Assembly: GCF_000181795.1 (NCBI RefSeq)
Contig: NW_003526941.1
Coordinates: forward strand, 9,244,692-9,277,574
DNA from: Trichinella spiralis
Lineage: Eukaryota
DNA length: 32,883 bases
Reading direction: 5' to 3'
Part shown: positions 10,213-22,600 of the stretch, in pieces
Layout of the letters: each line of letters begins with the position of its first letter
Numbering within the stretch: position 1 is the stretch's first letter
Made by a program: the position numbers and the translations under genes
The notes under the pieces: model-generated
The model's database searches: none
Seen by the model: the letters and a program-made list of their open reading frames with translations, nothing else
Told to the model about the DNA's origin: nothing

Positions 10213-11154
10213 TCAACCGAACAAAACCCCCCGGCCGCCGAGCACTGCCGGACTGTCGCTCAGGCCGGGCAAAAAGTCGATCCAAGTACCGACCGGATAA
10301 AATTCAAAAGGACCAAGGTCGCTTGCGTAAACATTCGGCGGTAGAAGCCAGCCGTCACTCCAAAAGTGCACATTTCCCATGTCCGTATACGGCAAATATT
10401 CCGTGTTGTGAAACATCGGATTCTGCAAATTTGGCAAATTATCTGCATTTTTGCATAATTTTGTTTTCTTTCTCCTCACCCATATTCCATAACCTTGCGC
10501 TTGACGTTTGTACCGAACGCGTGATGACATTGGCAATAAGTGAATTAGTCTAAATTTCAAAAATAATCCAATTAACAAAATTATATAAATTATAATCGGT
10601 TGACATTTGGCAAGTTGAATTTGGTTGGCGTTCTAAATTATTTCCGTTCGTTAATTCTATTAATACTAGTGACAGAGAAAGTCAAATTCAAATATGGGCT
10701 ACTATTGAGATCTTTTTGGTCATCGTTGAACTGCATTGAAATTCCACTTCGATTATGCAAAAATAAGGTCGTCGCCTTGTCCTCATTTCTGATTGGTCAT
10801 TCAACACTTGACCAGCATAATTATTGCTTCACCAAACTGTCGGCTTGACTTATAATAAAGCACGCTGATAAATTTCTATGCTTAAATTTACAACTAAGGT
10901 CATCATTTACGAAACAAATCAACTCTTTACACGAAAAATAGTAACAATAAATTTACTAATATTCCATCGTTCAAAGGGATGAAATTTTGATACGCATGCG
11001 TGAATAATTAATTGACTGAAGGGAAATGCAAATAAATTTACATAAATTATTTTATTTACTTGTTTGGACGAGGTAGCGGTTTGCAATAGACTGAACTGTA
11101 GCAGTACAATGCGCAGAGGGTGAAAATTTCCAATGACAAATAAATGAAATGCAT
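10213..11154 (-). CDS. Small secreted prepro-protein A (124 aa), family not recognised; paralog of gene B
   Basis: Exons 11154-11060, 10549-10480 and 10422-10213, with GT-AG introns in phases 2 and 0, as in gene B. Product: MHFIYLSLEIFTLCALYCYSSVYCKPLPRPNKLIHLLPMSSRVRYKR/QAQGYGIWNPMFHNTEYLPYTDMGNVHFWSDGWLLPPNVYASDLGPFEFYPVGTWIDFLPGLSDSPAVLGGRGVLFG*. Exon 1 was assigned from its signal-peptide character and matching phase. Confidence 0.75.
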
Positions 11155-12336
11155 TGTATGTATTTCTTTTTCTCTCTGTTCACCAACGGAACATCAACTG
11201 AAACATCAGAGAGTAGGGCGGAATGGACAGGCTTTTCTTTGGCCTAGAGCAGAGCAACAATTTTCAATTTCCACTGAAATTGACAATCAAGTTTTTAAAT
11301 TGCATCATTTTATGCAAAATTTAATGTAAACAATTTTAAAAAATTAAGAAATATATGTATGTATGAATGTGTGTGTGTGTGTGAAATATTTTTATTCTGT
11401 GAGTGAAGAATTTTTCTTTCTTGTTTTTTTTTTCAAACACGATATATTATAATGAAACTTGATGATTTTTATACTGCCACCCTTGTTTTTCAAAGTTTAC
11501 TGTTAAAAACAACTTTTCAATGAAAAAAATGTTTCTCACTTCTCATGCCATGTTGTGCAATTTGTTCGAAACAAGAAAAAGCATACAGTTTCCGGAAATG
11601 GCAATTTAAAATATTGAAATTCTAATTATTGAATCATTTATTCTTTTCATTCAATTTTTTCAAAAAAAATATTTCATTGAATGATTTTAAAAAGTCAAGT
11701 TTTTTCTCTCAAATTTATTTATCATAAACTTGTATTTTCATACCATTTTTCTTTTAACACTTAATTTAAGATGGTGAATTTTTTTTGAAATCAAAACATT
11801 TTCTCAACAAGGCTTTAATGCACAATTAGTCGATAAAATTATATATATACTGTGTGCGTGAATATCGACTGTGATGAATATTTTCAATTAGTGACCATAA
11901 GTGAAATGATTTTTCGTGATTGGATTGGATCTAATAATTATATATATATACATCACTCAACTTTACCGTTCGCCGGATAATTTATTTCATTTCCGCAAAA
12001 AAATTAAAATATTTTACTCGACAGCATTTAATGAATAATTTCACTTTTTTCAATAAACTCTTCTCACAACAAACAACAGTAACCAATTGTTGCCTTTTCA
12101 AAAAAAAATTTAACAAATAATTTATAATTATTACTGCTTTATTACTCTATTCGTCATAAAGACCAAATGTTAATCAGAGTGATACTCTTGTTCTTCTTTT
12201 GTTTTTCTGTTAATCGACATGATAATTATTCAATTTTTATTGGCTATAGAAAAAATTGTGCGTTGAATATACATATATATATATTTTTTCCTCCCCACAA
12301 ATTTTGCCCAATCCCAAGATCGACAACAGCCGAACG

Positions 12337-13353
12337 TCAAGGATTGCCAGAGATCATTGAACGCAGTGTGCAGATTCGCCGGTATATTTTCAAAGCTTGG
12401 CCGGCATTCAACTGCAAACTGTACAAGTATTCGTTTTTGCCCAGCAACAGTAATGCACAGCCGTCGATGAATTCACGTTCAAAATGTTCGCCCTCTTTGC
12501 CAAAGCCGAGCTTTTCGATAAACTGGCGAACTTGAAGCACCGACCAAGCTTGGACATCCGTTTTTGCCGCCTCGACCAAAACAGGGTCGTAACGCAGCGT
12601 TGGCAAGCCGAATCTGCAATACAAGCAATACAATTTTCATCATATTATGGTCAAATTCAATTCACAACTTACTCGTCTTTTTCAAATTTCGGTGGAGGAA
12701 CCAGCGATGGTGACGGCAATGTTGTTACGACGTTCACTTGAGCTTTGCTCGTTCCTTCCGAAACAACCGGTGATGTTTCTTCTTCCCTAGCTGTCGACGT
12801 GAACAAGAAAATTATTATTCAAAATTTAAACGATTGTAAAATTGATCATGCACTTCCACACCGCATCGTCGGTAGCATTTCCATTTTGTGCCACCAAACA
12901 CAATCGACTAATTTCCTCCCACATCACAATTATAAATAATATCACACACTCACCAAATTTCGGTGGAGTTGTCTGCTTTCTGGAGATCTGACTTCTCTTT
13001 TCGTTGTGAGACGTCATGTAAACACCGGGTGCCAGATGCACGTAGCGTCCAGCGTTGACACCTCGGGACAACTCCAGTTGAACTTGATTTCGAGTTATTT
13101 TGTCATTACCGTCTCGTACGAAGTTCAACGCGTCCAAAATCTGCTTGGGCGATACCCCGTTCGGATTAGAGCCACCAATCGGGTCGGTCAACCTGTGAAC
13201 CATTGCAAATACAGCACCAGCGTTGCCCCGACGCCGACGGCAACTGTCGCCCGCCACAGCATTCGCTTCTACTTGACTCGAAGCGTTACTGTTGTTCACG
13301 TCGGCCATTCTCCTCACCACTGCTGACGAATAATACTTCCTCTTACGTGACAT
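12337..13353 (-). CDS. Nuclear SAM-domain protein with an N-terminal winged-helix (linker-histone H15-like) domain, ~264 aa
   Basis: Exons 13353-12954, 12790-12673 and 12613-12337, phases 1 and 2 consistent. C-terminal SAM of the Scm/Polyhomeotic/SAMD1 type: 'VQAWSVLQVRQFIEKLGFGKEGEHFEREFIDGCALLLLGKNEYLYSLQLNAGQALKIYRRI'. N-terminal basic 'SRKRK' and a WH-like segment 'AVFAMVHRL...NGVSPKQILDAL...NQVQLELSRGVNAGRYVHLAPGVY'. The SAM call is strong; the WH call is moderate. Confidence 0.82.
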
Positions 13354-15843
13354 TCTCCACCTAAACCGAACATACAGTTCAATTCAATTCATCGTCTAAC
13401 ATCCCACTTCAACATTTCAGTCGTCTCAGCTTTGCAATATGCACTGAAAATGATCACTTTTGCTCAGCTTGATCAAGAAATATGCTAGTTTTATTTTAAA
13501 TTATACTTTTATAGTTCGGAAGATGAAAATGAAAATGGAAACTGTATCTTCTTGTAAAAAAAGCTGAAAATTTTCCACCAAAACTTGTTTCACAAAATAC
13601 TGTCTGATCTGATTTTAATATTTCAGAGATGTTATTTTATCAGTACAAAAATTTCATTTTTTTAATTATACTGCTTGGTAGAAATTGTGAAAAAGTAAAC
13701 TTTTCATCAGTTGACCACATTCAGCAGAAAACCATCACAGGTCAATCAACAGTAAAAAACAACATTCACCTTTTAACCTGACCGCATAATTGACCTTTCT
13801 AAATAGCCTGTATCTGGCCCTCCATTGTAAGCGTAGAGTAAGTGAGTTCGTTCTTCTTGATGACCGGAGTAAGCGTCGTGACCGTTCGTGAATAAGCAAA
13901 GCTCAGACCAAATTCATGCACAGTTTCATTCAATTTGACACATAGAAACAAGGAGTTTCATTAGTGAACACTCCGATTTGAACAGTTGAAATTTCTTTTA
14001 CTTAACTTAACGGTGTCGCCAATAGTTGAGAATTATTTCAGTGTTCCATGAAAACAAGAACTAACTATTCTGATGACAAATATTCTATTTTAAAAACAAC
14101 AAAAAAAGCAATAAACACAGAAGCAAACACAATGTCAACTAGCTTATGAAATAATTTTCATTTAACTTCCAATAATGCACATTTAATTCTCAGGTAATGA
14201 AATAATGAAACAATCTGAGATAGAAGAAGTTGAAAAAGATTATAAACTACGCGCTGATTATGTGAAAATTTCTAAACCGCTTACATTAATGATGATGATC
14301 AATTCTGGTTACTGGCAACAGTTGAATACTTCAGCAATTGTTAAGCGCAGGAAAATTTCAAACTGAGCTCAGCCTATTTCGAAAGAGTAGAAAGCAGAGA
14401 ACTTCGGACACTGATGAACAATCAACCAGAATCGCTACTTTCAACAATACGATTGGTTAAAATATGTAATATTATACAGTAGGCTTGTTGCTTTTCAAGA
14501 TTTATTTGTTACGAAAATGATCGACATTTCTTTTCAACATTAACGCGATAAACGTTTACATTAAAATGAAAATTTAAATATATTCATTTACTAAATTTAG
14601 CACCTTGTTAATTTTAAATGAATAATTTACAAAATTAAGCTAAATTATTGGTTCGATTTAGTTTTCAAATCATCATTAATGAATGATACTTTTGACTTAT
14701 AATTTACTAAATATTGCAACAGTAAAGGCATAAATGAATTTATGATATAATTTTATTTTTCTGTATTTTTTATTACGTCTTTAGTAGTGAAGAAGACCAA
14801 AGTTGTAGAGTTTAAATCTTGGAAACAATTATGTCTTGTTTATCTTTTTCTGTAATATATAAAATCCGAATTAACATGAATATTGTACAATCGTACAAAT
14901 TGTTTGAATAACTTTTACCGGAAATAATTGCATTTTTGTTTTCCTTTTATTTAAAAAGTGTGATTTTGACACCATAATGCGAACGGCATGTACAAATATA
15001 TTTTTTAGCAGCTTCGAAAAAAATTATATATTTTCCCACACAATTCAGTTTCATTGTCCAATTTATTATCCAAATTGTCCAATTGGAAAAAATAATTTTT
15101 TTTCATACAGTTTGATTTGTACAGAAATATAAAAATTTTTTACATCTTCGTACATCGGCAATGATCGAGATGATCAGCTAATAATCAGTTGGTTTATTTC
15201 TGCGTGTAGGTTAAACTTTTTGCTTTTATTCATTCGCTTGACCTGCCGTCTAAGAAAAAGTGTTTATTTACTCTATTCAAACCGCATCGTGAGAATGGAA
15301 GTTTTCATTTTTTAAACTTTAAATCTATTTCAACAGTATCATTTGAAATTTGTGTGAAAGTTTCTCAATCATTATTCATAAAAAGAAACGTTTACACTAT
15401 TATTATAAATAATATATGTGATATTTTGTATTTCTAATATTTGAAAGATTTTAAACAGTTTCAATTCATTATCATCGTTATTTGAAACAGTTTTACAATT
15501 TGCCAATGTTCGTAATAAGTGGATGTTGTTTCGAAATGAATGAAATTTGTTCATGCTTGCTTCATTCACTTTATAGATAAGTAAATAATAAAAGAAATAC
15601 ATTTTAAAAGCAGTAATAAATTTATTTTTTGTTCATTTATTATTTCATTACACATCTTTTTGTAGCATTTACAGTTTGTTGGATGAAATTTATTTATTTA
15701 TTTATTTATTTGAATTTAACAATAAATATATATACTGTTAACAAATATACTGATATATTAATTGATATAATTATATGATTATTATTGTAATTATGATATT
15801 ATATATACATAATTATAATATAAACTGTACTAATTTGATACTG

Positions 15844-16038
15844 ATACCGATTTATGTGTCCTTTTTCCGATATTAAAAGAGAACAGTGAATTTTTAAATT
15901 AATCATATGCAAATTATGCTTTGCATATTATTCTTCGTTTTGATTTGAATTTGTAATCAAAATTTTCAATGTTTTCCAATTTTAACTTTTCTGTAACTGT
16001 GAACACTTGTAAAGATGATTTTGTTGGTTCGTTTTTAT
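15844..16038 (+). repeat. Direct repeat copy 1 (~190 bp)
   Basis: Aligns along its length with 17045-17241, including an exact 35-mer CTTTGCATATTATTCTTCGTTTTGATTTGAATTTG. Confidence 0.9.
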
Positions 16039-17044
16039 TTCATATACTAATAATAGAACTGATTCAAGTATTTTTTTTATTTAAATGACATGAAAAATAA
16101 AAAGAGTTATTCAGTTTTATTCAAAATACCTGTCAAACATTGAGATCGTACACTGATTTCATTAAGATGCACAATGAAAGTGATGTTCAAAGTGATCTGG
16201 AAATAAATATACGTTTCAAAGTCATCAGGAAAAATTTTTTCCACTTTAATTATTCTTCCATTTTGCTGCAGATCATTTGGTTAAAAATTTATCACTCTGC
16301 GATTTAGCATTCAACTGCTCTACTCTCTACATTATAATTATAAACAGAATTTTAATTCTTTTTATTCATATTTTTTAAATATTTCATCGAGTAACAAAAA
16401 CTGGTGGTAAAAATCAATTTGTATAAAATTCATACGATGCTTTTTCTGTTTATTTGTTGAAAAATGAAAACAACGTTGAACAATTTGCTGTTAAAATGGT
16501 AATTAAATTTGATAAAAGGAATATGACGCTAAAATTTGTTTAATCAAACGCAAATTGATAATGAATAATCATCAGCAACACGAAAATCGAATGCTCACAT
16601 TTGAACATTTGGTAATATTTAATTAAGCAATTATTTATTCGAATTGCTTTCTGTTATTTTCTTCTTCATCTTCAGCAAACTACTGATTTGTGGACAATTT
16701 AAAAATTATTTCTACTGCAATGTATTCAATTTTTTCCAATTATTGTTGTTCTGTTTATAATTTTTTTAAAACTCTTTATCCATTTTTACAATACATAAAG
16801 CTGTCATTAGAACCTGACATGGAGACTTTCACAAATGTAATGCTGCTAAAAATTATTCACAAATGCATTTTTCAACAATAATATGCAAATACAGCTTTTC
16901 AATAGCGTTTTTCTTTTGGTATTTGTAAATGTGCTAATAAAATTCATTAAGTAACTAATAAATTTTGTTTTGTGAGCTTAAAATAAGGAAAAATAGTAAA
17001 GCACCTGCATCTTCTTTTCATTACAAATTTTCAATTAATGTTTC

Positions 17045-17241
17045 ATACCGATCTATGTGTACTTTTTTTTCCAATACAAAAAGAGAACAACGAATTTTAA
17101 AATCAATCATGCAAATTATACTTTGCATATTATTCTTCGTTTTGATTTGAATTTGAAATCGAATTTTCAATATTTTCCAATTTTAAATTTTCTGTAACTA
17201 TGAAAAGTTGAAAAGATGACGTTGTTGTTTCTTTTTTTATT
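17045..17241 (+). repeat. Direct repeat copy 2 (~190 bp)
   Basis: Diverged copy of 15844-16038 in the same orientation, ~1.2 kb downstream. Confidence 0.9.
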
Positions 17242-19572
17242 TTTAGTTTTCAGAAGGAAAATTCTTCCTGCCAATTATTTATTTAAGCAACTGTTGCTTG
17301 TGTATTTTCATTTTTCTGTCAGTGCTTCCTTTTTCTACCTGTGCAAATTGGAAATACATAAATGTGTGATATTCAATTATAAAAACAACAAACAGAAAGA
17401 ATCATTTCAATTGTTGATTTCATTTGTCCACAAATTATCAAATTCAATTTTTGCTGGTATTTATTTATTCAAACAATGATGATTATTGTTTGTTTAATTT
17501 TAAAAATTAGCATGAGCTACAAAAATAACATCAAAGAAAAATAAACATGCTTTACATATATATTTTTTTTGGAAAAGTTTAAATTGCAAGCAAAACGCGA
17601 ATGAAGAATACGTTCAAATAATTTTACGAGTTTGCATGATTAGTTTTTTCATTTCACTTGGCATTTTGCATTTGCAAGAAAAACGGGTTGTGTATCATTT
17701 TTAACGGAAGATTATTAATAATGAATATAATTCCTAATGCAGTGTGCGATACATGTATCAAAGTACACCTTTAAATATTTGATATAAATGTAATGAATTT
17801 TATAATAAGTTGAATTTGTATACAAAATAATATTTAAAAAATTACTATATTTTATTAATATTATTTTCAGTTATAACACCTTTGTAAATGGGTATTTCAC
17901 CCTTTGGTTGTGTAATGAATTAATTATCTGGTGAGAATTGTTCATTAAATTATATTTTAAATTGTTCAAATTTAATTATTTACATAAAAAAATTGTACTG
18001 CATCGCACATTTGTTTGTTCAAAGCAACAAATGCAAATCCAATAATTAATTTTGCTTTGAAAAGTAATCATTGTTTGAAGCAATACTGCTTATCATTGAT
18101 TTGTGTATATATGTGTGGCTGTAGGTATGCTGAATTTGTAAATTATATAGCAATAAATAAAGTGCATATAAAATTCAATACTTCTGCAGAGTTTAAATGT
18201 AATAATTGTTTTATGAAATTTTATTTATCATCTCATTTGCTCCATGCACTTGATAATTGGTTTTTTTTCTCACATTAAATATTTAACATTGCAAATTTTA
18301 ATAATAGATTGAATTGCTTTAATGTAAAACTATTTGTTGTTTTCTTTGAAAATATTAACGATACTTTTTCATCGGAAAGTCATAAAATTTTCAATTTCAA
18401 AATTTCAAACCACTGAAATACGGAAATTAGCTATAAATGTTTCAATCAAAAGTATCGAAATGTCAACTGTGATCTTATCCAATTTATAAAAATCCAATCA
18501 ATAAAATTTTCATTGTTTACATATTTCTCGAAGGCATCCTATTGTACTGTATTCTGTTCCATTCCATTCTTTTGTATTGAACTGAATTGTCCTTAAAATT
18601 GATATTGAAAAATTTGCATGAAATTTGAAAAGCCAAATAATAAGCTAGCAATAGCTGCTTGCTATTTATGTAATTTTTAATGTTTCTTTTTTGGAATAGA
18701 AAATTTCCAATTGCCCATCAATTTCTGCTTCACTTGTCAGTTTGTCTGTCTTTTATGAAAAGCCTCAAAGGCTAGTAGAGAAACTGGTTGGCAGCGTGCA
18801 CAAATGTACAAAATGTGCAATATGGGAAAAATTTTCTTTCACTTCCTTTCCTTTGCTACATTTGAGATCAATTTATTTTCGAGTTTAGCAATAAAAGAGA
18901 AAAAAAAGCGTTTACAACAGAACGGATGCCGGTTATTTGACCATCCTTTCCTCTACATCTACATCCACATATAGACGTAGATATAGATATAGATATATCA
19001 AATGCATGCCGCCAATTTGTTGTAACGTTTTTAGCATTTTGTTTTTTTTCTCTCCACCTTGTGCTATTTGCAACAATATACGCGTTTACAATTTCTGCAA
19101 ATGAAGCTTTCTTTTATTCTTTTGTCTTATTTTTTTTTTCAAAATTCTTTCTCTTTTATTGATTTCATCTTCATCTCGTATAATCAGCTTTTCAAACCGA
19201 CCGAAAATACTTTTTCAAAAGATGCATGCACAGATGCTCAGAAAATGTTTTTTTTTCCATTTAAAAAAATGAAATTTGTTTCATTGACAGAATGATTTCT
19301 ACATTCAGAGATGACTTTTTTGTTTGCATGTAAAATTAACAATGTTCTTCCTGTATTGAAAGTGCAACTTTGATGTGTTCTGTTTTTTTTTGTTTCAAAT
19401 TTGAATTCTTGTGTTTCTGAATAGATTAACAAAATAATTTCTTTTCATTGAAATTTTATTGACTTAATTTGAATAAGCATAAAATGATAGTTTTTTTTAC
19501 AGTATCGTTTATTCAGAATTACAAATTTGTTTGTTACATAAAAGTATCAAGATTATGAGTAGTTTTCATATG

Positions 19573-19660
19573 AACAACAACAACAACAATAATGATAATA
19601 ATAGTAGTAGTAGTAGTAGTAGTAGTAGTGATAGTAGCAGCAGCAGAAGCAGTAGTAGAA
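19573..19660. repeat. Compound trinucleotide microsatellite (AAC)n(AAT)n(AGT)n(AGC)n
   Basis: Directly visible; it explains the poly-T/I/V ORF on the minus strand. Confidence 0.9.
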
Positions 19661-22600
19661 GTGGTCAAAAAGCAGAATAGCAGCTGCTGTTGGTGAAGAT
19701 ACTCAGTTTCGGAAGGATTGATTTGTGTTTGACAGTTGTTTAACGATGAACAAGTTTTGAACAACGATCAAATTAATTCATCAAATATGAAATAAAAATC
19801 TCTACTATTCATTTAAAATTCGGTTTCATGCGAGTTTCAATTATTGTCACGAAAAAGGTTCTTTTCATAATTGATAATTGTTTTTTGCCTTGTGTAGAAG
19901 GGAGAGGGGCGGAGTTGAACCCTTTGGATATAGTTTGTACTTGATGCTCGGATGTTTCAATTTATATAAGTATTAAAAAATTAATTTATTCATCATTGAA
20001 TCGTTCAGCATAAAATAATAACAACAAAAAAACTTTTATAACATAACGGGATAATCGTAGTTGTAAAAGCCTGAATTGTACATATTTATGTAAATATTAA
20101 TTTTTTGCTCAAATCAAAAGAATAATCAACTATTATCAAGATGAAAGGCGTAGCATATGTCGGTCCACTGTAGTCAGTGAATCGGATCCAAGAGCGAACG
20201 GCACGCGTTGTTTTGGATTGTTCGACGTCAGCTGACACAGGAAAAGCGGCTTCTATTTTGAGGTCACATGGGGCCAATGCTTTGGCTTTGGCCAACGCGC
20301 TGACGGAAAAAAGAAGCATTCAAACAAACTAACCGCAAAGTAGTATATATATGTATAAAGATAAGCTTTCAAAAGGCGAAAATAATTTTTGACGGTCGGT
20401 CAGTTGGCTCCTTGAACAGACCCTGAACGTTTGAAAATGCAACGCGAGACAATGCAAAGATCCGCGTGTTGCGGTCACTTTGTTCTTCGCTTTCATTGTT
20501 GTTTTGCTAATCTAAATTTAATCTGAAAAGCAGGCTGTAATTTCAATATCTCTGGGCAAACTTTCAACAGTTGACCATAGGTCGGTAGCTTTTGAAGCTC
20601 TTTTTTGTTCTTTGACATCAGCGTTGCCTTCACCACAAGCCAATTATAAATTATGCTTGAACATAAATAAAAATTCATTTTCAAAACATTAAATTAAAAA
20701 AACTAAAATATAAAAATAATAATGAAATCAAACCATTTGATATTGATTCATTTTTCTATTTTTCCGTTAACACATTTATATGTATATGTATATAAACAAA
20801 AATCAATTCAAATAATAAATTGCACGTATTCATTTTTTTATTAAGCTATTTGCGTTAAATTTTTTTAAATTTTAATAATTTACAAATTGCTCATACTAGT
20901 GCCAGTGTTATATCATTTTTATGTAGAATTTGTTTTCATTCCTTCCTCGCATTCTAATATCAAAGACATTCATATATATATATGGCTTTGCTTTCATCTT
21001 TTTCTTATTCACTAAATCACGCGCATATGACAGCTGAATATATGTTAATTTATGTATGGTGAAGTGCTTTTTTGTTCGACATCAGCTGATTTGTTCAATC
21101 ACAATTAAATTAAATGCTTGTAAAACAATTGACCTTTTATTTTTCAATGGTTATGCACCATCAGATTAATAGGCAATTGTCACTCATTTATCTTTTTCTT
21201 GCAAATATCGGCTTTTAGCAGGAGCAGATGAGAAAATGAGATTGTGGTTATAATTTGACGAAAAATTCTTTGAAACGAGTAAAATAAATAAATAAATAAA
21301 TAAACAAATAGGTATATATTATGTTCGTCATTCATTCATTTTACGTGAACTTTTAACTTTAAATTTTTACATTTACATATTGACGATGAATTTGTTTAAT
21401 TTTATTACATTTTCAAAAATACCTTTATGCAAATTCTTCATATTCCTCCATCATTGACAAGCGGTATTTATTAATTCAAATCAATTTGATACCTGTTGTT
21501 CGAATTGCAAATATACAATTTGCTTTCCATCGAAAGTTTATTTATATAAACTGATAAAATTTAGAAATTGAAATATTGTCAATTTATTATTGATTACATG
21601 CATTGCTTACAAGCACAGAAGTATGGAATTGAAGTTTTAAGATTTTTTTTACATAAATTTGAATTTAAAATTTTCATTTCTCATTATTATGTATTGCTTA
21701 TACCAAATTATTTGCCTAGAAAAATAACTGAAATTTATTAATGTTATTATTATTTGGGTTGTTATTTGTATTTTTTATGACTAATATACACAGTCTTCTA
21801 CCAGTGCATAAATCGTGCATATTCAATGGGAAATTTTAGAGAAAAATAATGCAGAATTTTTTCAGTAATTAATAATAAGATGTAGAAAATCACACGATAG
21901 TAATGACAACAGTGTTAGCATTTTTCATAGTATTCTGCTTTACACTTTGGTGATCTGAATCATAAAGATATTAATGCAATTGTCAATATTTCATGAAGTC
22001 GCATAATTGTAAAAAAAATTAATAGCCGTTACATTTAACAAATATTGGTCAACAGTTATCAGGGGAAGATATTTTAAACAATTTATTTAAAATAAAGAAA
22101 ATGAATATCTTTACGTATCATTCCTGAAAAAGTTTAAAAAAAAGAGTTACAATCCTCAACAAAACAATGGGCAGATAATGGTAAATTTTTAGTTTGAAAA
22201 ATTGCAACTTGTAAAAATAGTAAATGTTATTTCTGCTAATTAAAAGTGAAACAAATAAGATTGTGCAGATAAAGCTTGAAAATGCAGCTTTAATTTATGG
22301 AATTTAAAGAGGATGAGCCATTCCTTCAGGAAATTCATTCCGTTTTTTTTGTTCACTGAGTAAGATCTTTTTTGACATTTTATCTTCAAATTCTCAACCA
22401 GTTGAAAATGAATCATCAAGATATGGCTAAGGCTACTTTTCAAAATGTTTCTTCAATTTGAAGCCGATTTATTTTGCTTCACTTCCAAATGTCACAAACT
22501 GTTGCTCAGCGGAGTCAATTATTTTTGAAGACAGGCGCGCTTTGAGGCTACTATCCGGACGCGAGGCGTGCGCAGCAGCTGCCAGTCTAGACAAGCTAAG

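Noticed and set aside
10423..10479. Reading gene A as one continuous 121 aa ORF, as in the ORF track
   Set aside because: The 57 nt segment has GTGAGG...TTGCAG ends and sits exactly where paralog B has its intron, so it is an in-frame intron.
13790..13935. Open minus-strand stretch upstream of the SAM gene
   Set aside because: It is short, ends in TAG, has no recognisable motif and has no in-frame splice path to the SAM gene. At most it is a UTR exon.
19900..19960. B-box-like GGTTCAACTCC on the minus strand suggesting a tRNA or SINE
   Set aside because: No A-box, the T-stem does not pair fully, and there is no cloverleaf.
20086..20335. Short ORFs on both strands in a GC-richer island
   Set aside because: No recognisable domain, no partner exons and no convincing splice pair.
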